This document shows, in pieces, positions 25,369 to 38,099 of a stretch of DNA of 64,000 bases (position 1 is the stretch's first letter; each line of letters begins with the position of its first letter). Both the position numbers and the translations under genes were made by a program. The notes beneath the pieces are model-generated. The model had not been told where the DNA came from. It saw only the letters and a program-made list of their open reading frames with translations, and ran no database searches. Source of the stretch: Cirrosporium novae-zelandiae (Eukaryota); contig JAPETS010000006.1 in the NCBI GenBank assembly GCA_026023565.1, forward strand, positions 248,001 through 312,000, read 5' to 3'.

Positions 25369-26734
25369 TGAGCAATTACGGTTTTCAGAGGCTCCCAATC
25401 AGACAATTCACCAGCTTTGCATCATTCGGGGAGAGGATATTTTTGCTGATATTCGATTGAATCTGGAGCTCTTTGGGCACAACGGGAACTACACCAGTAT
25501 GACACGGGAAACCATTTTGAGTATGTCCCTTCAAGATGAATTTATGAAAACGTCCAAATTAATGACATTATACTTTTCAAGTCATGAAACAGTAATCACG
25601 TCTCTCTTTCCAAGGGGTTCTCAATGTTGGACTCCAGCGTGTGCTCACTCCCGAGATATTCTTGATCATCTGAATATGCGTTTCAACTCATTTCATGACG
25701 ATTCCAGGAAATCTGGGTGCCCTACTACTTATGGATTTTTCGGGACGTTTTATACTATCAACGGGCATTGCTCGCGATCTAAGCCCTTAATTAAAGGGAT
25801 TGAGGACATGCGAGAAATGGGACAGCCGTCGAAATTGCTAAACCTCGAGATGAGGGGTCCCACAAGTCCCTCCATGACCTTCAAGCAACTCCTAGCCAAC
25901 ATTTATTTTTTATTTATTATGCATGGTTATCGATTTTCACGCTAGGGCTTATTTTATGATGAGCTAGCTCTGTTCCTTTAAATATGTACATAGCATTGAT
26001 TCTTCCAGCTCAAGTGGTTCAACGGGTTGAACGTCCAGTCAGTGCAGGCGTTAACCCTCTGGGTAATATGCGGACCATTAATGGCCAGAAGATTTCGGTC
26101 CGAATTCGACTTTAAGCGCCTCAGTTTTCCGCTGAAAGGAAATCGCCTCTCCTAGGTGGTGTTTATAAGATACGTCCTATTAGGGTGTATCTGAACCTTT
26201 GCTTCCTAAAACAAGAACATAAATCTTGTCACACCGCATACAAAAAGTAAAAGGAAGAAAAACTTAAAACGTGACACCGCAAGTTCGTGGATTAAAAACA
26301 TATATAGCCACTTCCACTTCGTGAGGGTTTTAGCTCCTTTGTAGCCAGCTAGTCAAGGTTATATTCAAATTCCATGCGTTTCGATAACTATTATCTTTGG
26401 TTATGTCTAAAATCCCTCAAGACTAAAACACTTTGCCTACCATTTAAATATTTAGGCATACCAAGTGTTTTCTAGCGGGATATCTATGCTAATTTGCGAA
26501 TCACGCCAAGGCCTTCAATAAACTAATGCATCAAACCTGTTAAAGCTCTGTTTCGCAGTAGTCAAATTCCATCATCTACACTTGAATATTTTATCTAAAG
26601 GTCAAAGTCATACTAAAATTCTCACTATTTACACTCTAGGCCAAAAACCAACCATGTTAGAACTTTGTTGAATGAGAATAGAAGTCTGTCATTGTTACTA
26701 ATAAGAATGTCGAAACAAAACTCTTTCTAACCTG

Positions 26735-27966
26735 CTATAAGCTCAATAAATCTTGGACACTCATTGCTCGTCCGCCTAAATATGGAGCTCCGCTGCTATT
26801 GCTACTCCCTATTGTGGACCTGCGGTCTTTATTCAACATCAACAATGCAGCTGTCGCTTCATGATCGGTCATATCTCTACCAGTATTATCTGCACATGGT
26901 AAGAGAACTGACGATGTCAGAGCAGAATGTGACTGGGAGATGATCGGGGTACAGGATTGAGGTCCGGCAGTTGGGCTGGGTAGACTTGGTGGTGGGAATG
27001 AGTCGCTATTTTGGTCCTGGTCCATGATATTCGGGGAATAAAAGGCTAATGGAGTCTGATTCCGACCGGGACGATGGTGGAAATTAACCCGGGAAACGGA
27101 TGTCAATGGAGACACCGGCCGAGAATCAGACATTTCTGTGTCCTCATCCTCCCCATCTTCCTCATCCTCGTCTTCGGATCGCATCTGCGTAGGGGTTGAG
27201 TGCGTTGCTGGAGATTGGGGTAATGAAGGAGTAGACGATTGACGAGAATTCTCGGCCTTGAGATCTAAAACGCATTGTTCTAAATAGTGGAGATATTCAA
27301 TGCTTGCCTATGATAATAGTATTAATTTTCAGAGACGCTATATATAAATAGGAGCTATCTTACCTGAAGAATAGCAAGCTTGTGCATTTCTTGTCCTTTG
27401 CATGCGGGAATCATGTCCTTCAACGTAGCAAACTCTTCATTCATCTTAGACCTCCGCCTTCTCTCAATTAAGCTATGCGCTGTTTTCCTTGCGATTTTCT
27501 TTCCCGCAGCGCTGGTGGAACTTGGTTGTTTCCTCTTATTGCCAGCAGCTGTACTGGTATTTACTCCCGCTCCATTCTTCGTATCGCTTTTTGATACGAC
27601 GGGGTTATTCTCTCTCAATTGCGAATCCCGAGACTTTGGTTTCACTTGTATTATTTTGCGTGACCGGGTCGGGGGAGGAGGGAGTGCAAAATCTTTCCCG
27701 GATTTGCTAATAGTTGTAGGGCACCGGTGCGAATTTGTGATACCATCTCGAGTCACAATTGTAGGGGTAAGAGGGGATGTAGGACGATAAGAAGATTCGG
27801 AAGATGCTTTGGTAGATGATATGGAAGAGCGAGTACTCGTATTGGAGTCGCCTAGTGCTGGAGGGGGGAGGGAGAAAGATATCTCCAAAGACTGTTGAAT
27901 TGCTTCATCTTTACCCACAATATCCATAGACGAGGCTGGGGTAGGTGGGAATCTTGGTCGAGGCAT
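26735..27966 (-). CDS. bHLH transcription factor
   Basis: ARKTAHSLIERRRRSKMNEEFATLKDMIPAC..MHKLAILQ|ASIEYLHYLE and C-terminal EATAALLML..MSVQDLL. One intron. Confidence 0.92.
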
Positions 27967-30182
27967 TGCTAGTCGATGAAGGTTTAAGATAGGTCTTGTT
28001 CACGTCAGGTTAGTTAGTTACTCCGAGAGCTCGTCGTTTTCAAGACAGAGCGTGAAGTATATGTGAAAATATACTAAATTAATAAGAGGGCGGTGAGGAT
28101 GAGAAGGGGAGAATAATGGGGAAATGGCTGCCCCTCGAATAATGAGGGAAAGAGGCATTGAAAGACAAAAATGGCCTTCGATAGCTGGGATGCACAAGTC
28201 CAAGGTGTCGCGTGCTCGTGCGGTAAGTGATAGGCTCTCAAAGGTTCTCAAAAGCGGATTTCAAGAATAATAGAGTTGATCTTCTAACCAAACTCGAATA
28301 ATGGGAAATGGATCTCTCAACCTTCAAATGTTGGCACTTCATGGCGACATTAAGTGCACGAACGAGCACATGTGCAGTTTCAGGCTTCCTGATTGGGTGT
28401 TTGATGATCCTGGAGGTCTGTCACATTCTTAATTATTGGTCTCTTGGTGTCCCTGGACCTCCCTGGATGCTTGGAATATCATGCAGAAATGGAGATAGAT
28501 AAAGCTTCCCTTTCAATTATTTTTCTTTTTTAGACTGCACGTTGATTTGGGATTGGTGTCATGGTTGTTGTGGTGTTATTTTACTACACTCTATATTCAA
28601 GCGATGGGTCAAGATACATAGCTACATATCTATTGATCAATATCTATCATGTCACGTGCTTGCTTTCCTTCGACCGATTTCTTCATGCTTCAAAGAAACC
28701 CTAAAAAGTAGATTACCTACATGTATCTACTACAAATATATAGTAATTATATATCTTCCGAAACTCTCCGGAAGATACCAACCTCACACCTTCTATTGTA
28801 GATGTCCGATCTCATGTGTTCCCGGGGAATTTTGATAACTTGTCGGAATTTTTCAAAAGCTATCAATATAAACGATAATAAACCCCGCAATAGAAATAAT
28901 TATCATCATCACTCCCTGACATATTCAATCATGTATAAAAAAGCCCTGTAAATACTTTGTCTATCAAGATAAATATCATAATATAACATAGTTTTTACAA
29001 CATTCAAAGATTGAAACGTCTCCACTTTCCAATTTATAAACATGTCACCTTTAGCTTCCTCTAGCTTATATGATGCCGTGTTTATTGATGCTAGAGTAGT
29101 TGGTCTATCCATCGTTTTTAGGTTGGCTTTAGTTTATCGTAATATGGTCATCTTCATTGACTCGAAATACCGTAACGAAGGGGTTACAGAAATGCATGCT
29201 GTACCTCCCGAGATAGCATTCATCCATCCGAGTTTCGACGCATCACTCGAGGTCAAATCCTTCAGTATCTAGACATTGATTTTTATTGACAAAGGAATCA
29301 TCAACATCGTAAAAACTAAAGTCGGCAATGGATATGACGGGGTTCAAGTTGAGGACGAGCAAGGACAGATGTGGACGGAAATAAACTTGCCATCGCGACA
29401 GGGAGTAAAGACATATTTCTAGATGGCATTCTAGGTCATGTAGAGAATTAGTTATATGAAATGTAGGAGTTATCCCTTTCTTGACTAAAATTGGGGGATA
29501 ATTCCCTCTAACATATAAATGATAGCTCCTAATACTTATTCTGTGACGGATGTGAATACAACAACATTCCCCAACGGCCCAAATCCCCAAAGAACTCAAC
29601 GGTATTCTAAAAACTGCTCGAGTAATTGGCTATAAGATCAATGGCCGAAAAGTCATTCGTCTGAAAGCGAACCGTTTGAAGAAACAAAAAGGGAAGTTTT
29701 TTATTGCAGGCGATGTCTGACTTTTAACGAAGTATGCCACGGCTGCTATAAGTACAGGAGTAGGGATCGCTGGAGGCATTTCTGCACGACTATGTAAAGG
29801 AAGGGCAAGAAGTATTGGTAAAGGTCAGTAATAAGGGTTAAATATATTCCTTACATATATTTTGGGTGCTGTCAGTTATGAAGTTATTAATAAAGTTAAC
29901 AATTGCGCTTTTGTAGGACAAAAGGCGTCAAGAAAATGCTGAAGGCCGAAAGTTATGGATGTTCTCCTTGTATTAATCGGTTATCGGCAAAAAGCAGGGT
30001 GTTAGAAAAGGCTATCTTTCAGATCAGACCAATTTCTAAACTTTTTACCCATTAGTACCTTGAATTCTGGGTCTCGAGAAACAAAACAACAATTTCGCAC
30101 AAAGCAGCCATAAACTTCGTTCATTCCACTATGGCGGGTCTGTTTCGCTAACATCCACTATTATTCACCCAAGAATATCAAT

Positions 30183-31953
30183 CTATTCCTCCTCCAATGG
30201 AGCCTCTTCATCGTATTCCTCCTCGCCCTCGGAGACAGACGCATCCTGGTACTGTTGATATTCAGATACAAGATCATTCATGTTGCTCTCAGCTTCAGTG
30301 AACTCCATCTCGTCCATACCTTCACCAGTGTACCAATGCAAGAAAGCCTTACGTCGGAACATGGCGGTGAATTGGTCACCAACACGTTTGAAAAGTTCTT
30401 GAATAGACGTTGAGTTACCAACGAAGGTAGCCGACATCTTGAGACCACGTGGAGGAATGGAACAAAGAGCAGTTTGGACGTTGTTGGGAATCCACTCAAC
30501 GAAGTAAGAGGAGTTCTTGTTCTGGACATTGCGCATCTGGTCTTCGACCTCCTTCATGGAAACCTTACCGCGGCTAAATTACATGTTAGTTTTGAAGGAT
30601 ATAATTAGTCGTTATTTGGTAAAACTTACAACATGGCGGAGCAAGTAAGATAGCGACCATTTCTGAAATCGGATGCAGCCATCATGTTCTTAGGGTCAAA
30701 CATCTGTTGAGTCAACTCGGGAACAGTGACGGCTCGGAAAGAGTGGGCACCACGGCTGGTTAAAGGAGCAAATCCGACCATGAAAAAATGTAGACGAGGG
30801 AATGGAACCAAGTTCACGGCAAGTTTTCGGAGATCAGAGTTGAGTTGACCTGGGAATCGAAGGCAAGTAGTGACACCCGACATAACAGCGGAAACAAGAT
30901 GGTTAAGGTCACCATATGAAGGGGTTGTGAGCTTGAGAGTTCGCATGCAAATATCGTACAAGGCCTAGTGGAGATTAGTCATATAGATCCTACTATAATT
31001 GAAATAGAATATTTACCTCGTTATCGATACAGAAGGTCTCGTCAGAATTTTCGACAAGTTGATGGATGGAAAGAGTAGCGTTGTATGGTTCTACAACAGT
31101 ATCCGAAACCTTGGGTGATGGGACAACGGAGAATGTGGCCATCATACGGTCTGGGAATTCTTCACGAATCTTGGAGATGAGCAATGTACCCATACCAGCA
31201 CCCGTTCCACCACCGAGAGAGTGGGTTATCTGGAAGCCCTGAAGGCAGTCACAGCTCTCGGCTTCCCGGCGTACGACATCGAGCACCTGGTCTACAAGTT
31301 CGGCCCCTTCAGTGTAATGACCCTTAGCCCAGTTGTTACCAGCTCCAGATTGGCCAAAAACAAAGTTATCCGGGCGGAAAAGTTGTCCGAATGGGCCAGC
31401 ACGGACGGCATCCATCGTTCCAGGTTCCAAGTCGACGAGGACGGCACGAGGAACGAATTTGTTTCCAGACGCCTATTGAACAATTAAATCAGGCAGTGAG
31501 CAAGAGTGATCTACTATATTTACCTCATTGAAATAAACACTCATGCGTTCGAGCTGGAGATCGGAAGTGCCATTGTAGCTGAAGAAATGTTGGTCAGCTA
31601 GTAAGTAAGAGTTTATCTTGACATAGATACTTACACGCCAGAGCCATCGAGACCGTGCTCTCCAGAGATGACTTGCCTATTCTGTAGTCAGTATATAAAC
31701 GATATCAAACCAGACACCCCAAGGAATTTGACTTACCAGAAGGCAGCACCAATTTGGTTACCCTTATCTGTTGTCAGTATAATTCATTTCTTCAATATAT
31801 CTAGGACCATCATCACATACGCATTGGCCGGTTTGCAAATGAACCTATCAAGAGAGAAGAGTTGTTAGCCATTTATCATGCAAATAGAGTTGAATGTGGG
31901 GGTAGGAAAGGGATGGAACGCGTTAAGGAATCAGAGCATACAATCTCACGCAT
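30183..31953 (-). CDS. benA: Beta-tubulin (benA/tub2 type), 7 introns
   Basis: [28 protein letters not shown], and C-terminal [15 protein letters not shown]. Intron positions are typical of the family. Confidence 0.99.
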
Positions 31954-32379
31954 ATTGTCGATTTGGTTGATAAAAGATGTCTGGTTATTCGAGATGGATG
32001 AGGAGCTGGAGAAAGAAGTTCACAACAGACTGAACTTCTTGAAGGAATGGAGCAAGGTGGAACGTTGTTGGGTGGAGGAAGCGGTGTAGTTGGGAAAGAT
32101 TGTTGTGGGCAAGTGAAGTTGTCTGAAGGGTTCTCCTTAGCGCAGAGTCTGTGTTTGGGTAGCTTGTCAGGCACGGACCAATTATTAAGGAACAACATAT
32201 CCTTGGCTGAAAAAAAGAAGGAAATGGCAACAACGCTATTCTGCCTATCTATCCTAACTATCAACTCTTAGGCACAAATTTACGAACTTCTCTCTCTTCT
32301 AAATTCTAGCTATATCTTCGTTATTCGCTATTAATGTTTTATCTAATATACAAAGCTCATCGCCTATAACCGTCTCATC

Positions 32380-34415
32380 ATGTTTTTCAATTTTTACATC
32401 ATTGAAACACTATCTCTCCTTCCCGTGATAACTGCTCGTAATGTCCAGTTTCCACCTGTTGCTGCCATTGATTTAACGGGGAATCTCCAGAAGCCAATCG
32501 ATATTGATCATGGCATAGATATTACTACTGGGAGTGCCTTTCATGGCTTGGCCACTTTTGCGAATCTTCCATACGCAAATTGTTTTGATGAATCTCGTGA
32601 TGTTGAGAAATATGATATTGCAATTTTAGGGGCCCCATTCGATACTGTGAGTTACTACTCAATGACTTTTCAACAATGGCCAGGAAAATCATTTTTTGTA
32701 TTTCCCGTTGCGATTCATTTAATTTGTAAGATCAATAGGTGGTTCAGAAGAAACAAAAATCCCTTTTGTCTAGTAGTATTTCATGCATGTTTCTCTATTG
32801 CTCATACCCTAGCTCAACGGTTTGAGTCCAGCCCTTAGTGCTATCATCTATTGCCTAATCTATTGGTCTGAACACGTTGATATTGTAGTAGTTCTATCTC
32901 GCATCTTTGGTTAGATTTGGTTGACTGATTGGAATTCCAACATAAAAGGCCGTCACAGCAAGGCCTGGAGCCAGATTCGGTCCAAATGGAATCCGCCGAG
33001 GGTCCCAGCGTATGTCTCCAGAGGCAGGTTGGAGCGTCTATACTGGTTCGCCAACAATGTCCTTCGGCGTTGTGTTAGAACTGATAGAAAAACTTTTGGT
33101 ATATAGGCGAGAATTCTTTGAAAGGATGGGCTAAAATCCTGGATTGTGGCGATGCTCCGTTGACTTTTTTGGATAATACGGTCGCGCTAAAGCAGCTTGA
33201 AAAGGCTCACAGGGTAGGTAGTGAATGTTTTGAACATTGTCCGCTTCAGAAAGATGATCGAGCCTGTCAATCTGATGTCGACATCAATTTTGTGCCTATG
33301 CTCAAATGCGTTACAGGTTATCTCTGGACGCAAAGCAAACACTACTGCGAAGTCTCTGGTCCCTAGAATAATTACCCTTGGAGGGGATCACACAACTACG
33401 CTTGCAGCTCTTCGCTCTGCGTATACGCAGTGGGGTCAAATAAGTGTGATCCATTTCGATAGCCATATTGGTAAGTCATTTTCCACTTTTAGATACCTAG
33501 ATATTGAATGGCAATATAACATGTTCGAGCGGTATGGTTGACAGGCTAGACTAATAGATACCTGGGACCCCGATGTTCTTGGTAAGTGCTCAATATCATG
33601 GATACGCTAGCATCAAGCCTGCTCATATAATATAGGTGGCGGTATTTCACACTATGCGTTAGTATCCCGACAGCCGGCTTTTCATTTATCCATTAGACTA
33701 CATCTCGCATATTGACAAGCCACAATGCAATGCGCGGGATCACCAAGGAAACGATTCTTCACCATGCTTTCGGCAGGAATTATCCTCTGCTTTAGTTGTG
33801 GATGTGGCTTGCTCGGATGCAAAATTCCTTCCGGGGAAATCTAATCAATGAACGATCTAACATTGTATTACAGTGGCGTCAACCATGGAACCTTCCTCCA
33901 TCTTGCTCACGAGGAAGGCCTGATATCGAATAATTCGATACATGCGGGAATCAGGGCACCAGTTATGAGGCCGAGGGGTGATATCAAGAATGATCTCCGC
34001 TGTGGATTCCATATACTTACCGCAAGAGATCTTGATCGTTATGGGGTAGATGGGATCGTAAGCAAAGTGAAGTCTCATATAGGTACATCGAAGGTTTATG
34101 TTAGTGTCGACATCGATGTGCTCGATCCAGCTTATGCTCCAGGTAGGACAAATTCTCTCTGGTTGCTCGAGGTCCTGGTTTGAGGGTAGTCTCTGCTGAC
34201 CTCTATTAGCTACTGGGACAGCCGAACCAGGTGGATGGACAAGTCGAGAGCTTCTGAGTATCCTTGATGGGCTGGAAGGGCTCCAAGTTATTGGTGCAGA
34301 TGTAGTCGAGGTGGCACCAATTTACGATAATCCGGGAGAGACGACAGTCCTTGCTGCAGCGGAAGTTGCACTGTCTCTTTTAACCCTGATGGTGCAGAAA
34401 TCCGTACCGAACTGA
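32380..34415 (+). CDS. Agmatinase (ureohydrolase family)
   Basis: [58 protein letters not shown] and ADVVEVAP. Includes 24-nt and 22-nt micro-exons. Confidence 0.93.
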
Positions 34416-35241
34416 GAAAACTGGAGGTTCGAAGTTGTGAAGAATTGTTGGTCTGGAAATTGATTAGATACGAGCTAGCTATCTTTGTTGATACTAAATA
34501 AACTCTTAGTTCCAAGTCGACCCTATTCTAGCTATCTGGTCCCTTCATGTAGCAAGCTGCCGAGGCCGCACACGTCCGTCCGTCGAGTATACCTGCATTA
34601 TCTGCGGCTCTGCGGAAAATATTTACACGGTGAATTGCATTCTTCAGGAGTTGCACGAGCCAACATATTACGTTGTACGAAGTTGTAGGCCGTGTTCTAA
34701 TTGGGAGTCCCTGTACCCCTCATTTAGATGATGATTGCGGGGAAAGAAAGTGCAGGTACAAGGACAGCAGCATGAGCAGCGTATCGCGCGGGTTATGCGG
34801 TTACCAAAATAAGCGAGACTCACAGACTCCTTTTCCTTTTTTATTTACCGTTATTTGAAATATTTTAATATAGTTATAATAATGACATCATCATAATAAT
34901 CTCCTGATAGCCTATTTATTCTTCTGCTGTCGCTGTTTATAATTAATTATCATTGTGTTGATGTTCATATATCATTTAGTAAGAAAATGGTGAGGAAACG
35001 AATTCGTGCAGGTGTAATCGAACATGTGCATGCAGACCATTCTTGGCAGCTACCTCCTCATTCGCAAAGACAATACCTAACCACCTAATAAACGCCCAAA
35101 CAACACTACCAGCTTCAGATACAATCACTCTTTATCTTACTCTCTATCTCTCTTGGCACCTATAGCGTATTGTTGCATCCAAACCAACTCACCTCTCACA
35201 ACTTCAGACTTACTCAGATCAACTAGTTCTCTACCACCATC

Positions 35242-35870
35242 ATGGCCGAAGAAAGAGCCCATGAGACCGAGCCAAAGAATTTTGAACCCAAGCACCCGGT
35301 AAAGCTTGAACCCCCGAAAGATGATCCTATATCTGTCGCTGAGCTAGCGAAACATGATGGTACTCTACTCTCCCGCCTATCCCCGATAGATTTCTGCCTG
35401 CCCGTTCTAGAGATATGATGGAATTTCGAAGATGAGCTTTAGCTAACTACGGCATCTCATTTACTATTTCAGGCCAGCATGAAGATTATCCGGCTTATGT
35501 TGCCATCAAAAGCACTGTGTTCAATGTCGGTGGCAATCCAGCATACGGTCCTGAAGGGCAGTACAAGGGTAACGTATCCCCTCTTTCCTTTCCTTGTCCA
35601 ACGCCACAATGTTCTAGTTGTACAAAGCCTTTTCTCCTAATCTCCATGCACAACATACATACAACATACAAAGTCTGAAAATTATGGTTGTGTTACATTC
35701 TAGTGTTCGCTGGAAAGGACGCTTCGCGCGCACTAGCTCAATCATCGCTCAAGCCCGAAGACTGTGTGTCCCACTGGGAGGACTTGGATGATAAGGAGAA
35801 GAAAGTGCTTGATGACTGGTTCACTTTCTTTAGTAAGCGATACAGTATTGTGGGGAAAGTGGTATCATAG
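35242..35870 (+). CDS. Cytochrome b5-like heme/steroid-binding (MAPR) protein
   Basis: ELAKHDG..YVAIKSTVFNV..YGPEGQYK|VFAGKDASRALA..LDDWFTFFSKRYSIVG. Two introns. Confidence 0.92.
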
Positions 35871-37734
35871 GGAGTGTGCGAAGAAGATGGCAATTTGTGT
35901 GGGGAAAGCACATGCAATGATTCACTACCAATCGGATAATGCACGCTTGACGACCCTGAAATGATAATGATACTTTTTAGATTTACTACAATGATCGAAA
36001 ATCTACGCCAGAAGCCTTGCTACAGAATAATTCACCCTGTTCATCCCCTAAAAGCTCAGCAATATTTCGTACATAAAGTTTGAACACCTTACTAGATCTT
36101 CTAGTGTTGACCTTCGTTCTTCTCCCCTCCTCTCGGCATCCCGAGAAAGGAGCCGAATTATCTAATTGTTCATGTGGCTGAAGTACTTCGAAAAATCTCC
36201 AGGTTTCAGGGTTGAAGCAAAAGCATAATGTGACAGGCATATCTGAATTACAGAGCATTTTCTTGGACGGCTGTAGCCGCATTCAAGCTTCCTATCTCTG
36301 GAAACAAACAACAGCCCGGGCATGCCAATACCAACTTCGATAGACTTTACGATTATGTTCGGTCAAATGCATCTCCATGAGTACATGAGTGGCCTGAACC
36401 CCGTAGATCCTCTTCATGGTACTTCCCTTCCCCATGTCATGTAGCGATCCGTCAGTCGATACTATGAAGATTTTTTCTTCTCACGGACTTCGGCTAGCAG
36501 CGGTGGTATTGACTTTGAACTAGATTTTGGCTAGAGATTCTTCTCTGATGGGTAGTTGAGGTAAAAACCCGAGAAAATTATTACTAGCATAACTTCCTCA
36601 AGTGGGATACCGAGCAGGTGTCGCGACATTGACTAGCGAATGCATAGTACGCTTATCTCAACGAAGATCCAGAACTCTTGAAGTAGGTTAGAGGTGGATG
36701 ACAGTCCTCACTTTTTTCTTATGATTGTTTGCCTCTATAGTCGCATTAGATCGCCGATGGCCTTCTGAACGTGGATGCTGCTGAGGCCTTGCTGCATATT
36801 CATTTTTACATAGGTCCTAGTCAATAATTATGGCGCAGAAAAAAGAGGAAAAATTTTGTTGATAGCTCCATTTTTCCTGCTATCTTAAGTCTGATGACAT
36901 ACTAAAATTATGTTCTCTACAGACCTATTGGAGATGGGACCGCAGATACTAGTAATCATATTACATGTTAGCAAGGCTCTCCACGTGCATCCGGGTAAAA
37001 GTTTGCTCATTGCATACATAGCAAGGGTTCGCATTTTGCATGCGTGTTTTAATGTTGTTTCATTAACAACCTGAACGCAGTTCTTACATCCACTGAGGGT
37101 AATGTTTCTTGGCCTCTTGGGTTTCATCTGCTCTGGGGACATGAAAAAAAGTCCTGATGAAAGTGAGAAAGGAAATTTCCACTGTAGCTTTTAAACATGT
37201 ATGTAAGCGTCTTCGGTATCTAAATATTTTGTAGAAGGGTATTGTTAGTGACGGCTGGAAACGGGATCAGCCACGCTGCATATCTACCTTGGCAGTGGGA
37301 ACATGGCTCTGAGGATCTAAATGTGTGGAAGTAGATGGAAGCAAACATATAGGGACCCGACGGAAGGGAAAGTAGCCCAGCAATTTGGTTGATACATCAG
37401 GGCTAATTAATTCTGTTGGCAGAAAAATACCTAATAGAGTATCTGATAGAGTATATGGGACTAGAGCGATTGAATCCATGCCTTCCCATCAACCATCAGT
37501 ATTGACCCATACACACAGTCAACCCATCATGACTTATGCAATATCGTTGTGAATCGTGTACACACGAATGACTCCAAAGCTTCGGTGCTGGAGATTAATA
37601 CCGCCCTGCAAAAGAAGAAAAAATCTGTCTGAAGAATGATGACAAAAACCGAAAAGCCGACAAGCCGAATAAAAAACTTCTATGTGTCCGTGTGGCACCA
37701 TGAGCAGTTGTAACTTAATCAAAACAGTCCATCA

Positions 37735-37759
37735 CCCCCCCCCCCCCCCCCCCCCCCCC
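37735..37759. repeat. Poly-C/poly-G homopolymer (~25 nt)
   Basis: Uninterrupted C run. Confidence 0.9.
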
Positions 37760-37898
37760 AAGCTGCTTGCTGTCAAATTCCCTGCCCATTCCTCCCAACC
37801 CGTAACCCAGAAACAAGAGAAGCCCGAAAATGTTGCGCCGATTCGAAAGGTTTTTTTGTTTGAAATTACTGTTGAAGTCGAAACAAAGAAAAAAAAGA

Positions 37899-38099
37899 CT
37901 ATGACCCTGTCATCTGGACGTCTGGATTTTGACCATTTCCCTGGCAGCCTTCGCACTTGATGTCGAGTTGTAGATGGCGCTTGAGGACTTTGACGCGCAA
38001 GCAAGCATGAATAGGATCGTTCCGAGCGAAGTGGCAATAGCTGATGCGACGGTGCTTGTAGTGATTGCAAGAATAGCTGATGAGCTCGAAGTTGCACAT
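37899..38099 (-). CDS. Small Cys/His-rich putative zinc-binding protein (66 aa)
   Basis: MCNFELISYSCNH..YCHFARNDPIHAC..CEGC, with AATATG start context. The spacing resembles fungal MC-x-CxH microproteins. Confidence 0.65.
   Translation of the reverse strand: MCNFELISYSCNHYKHRRISYCHFARNDPIHACLRVKVLKRHLQLDIKCEGCQGNGQNPDVQMTGS

Noticed and set aside
25346..25945. 199-codon ORF overlapping the LSM8 stop
   Set aside because: Non-ATG start and no recognisable motif. The plausible alternative LSM8 splice does not enter this frame.
26050..26066. TAACCCT as a telomerase RNA template
   Set aside because: Only 7 nt match TTAGGG repeats, it lies within helices, and no U-rich/A-rich triple-helix pseudoknot was found.
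32647..33873. TPP riboswitch or C/D snoRNA in the agmatinase introns
   Set aside because: No CTGAGA / AACCTGAT core, and no TGATGA..CTGA box pair.
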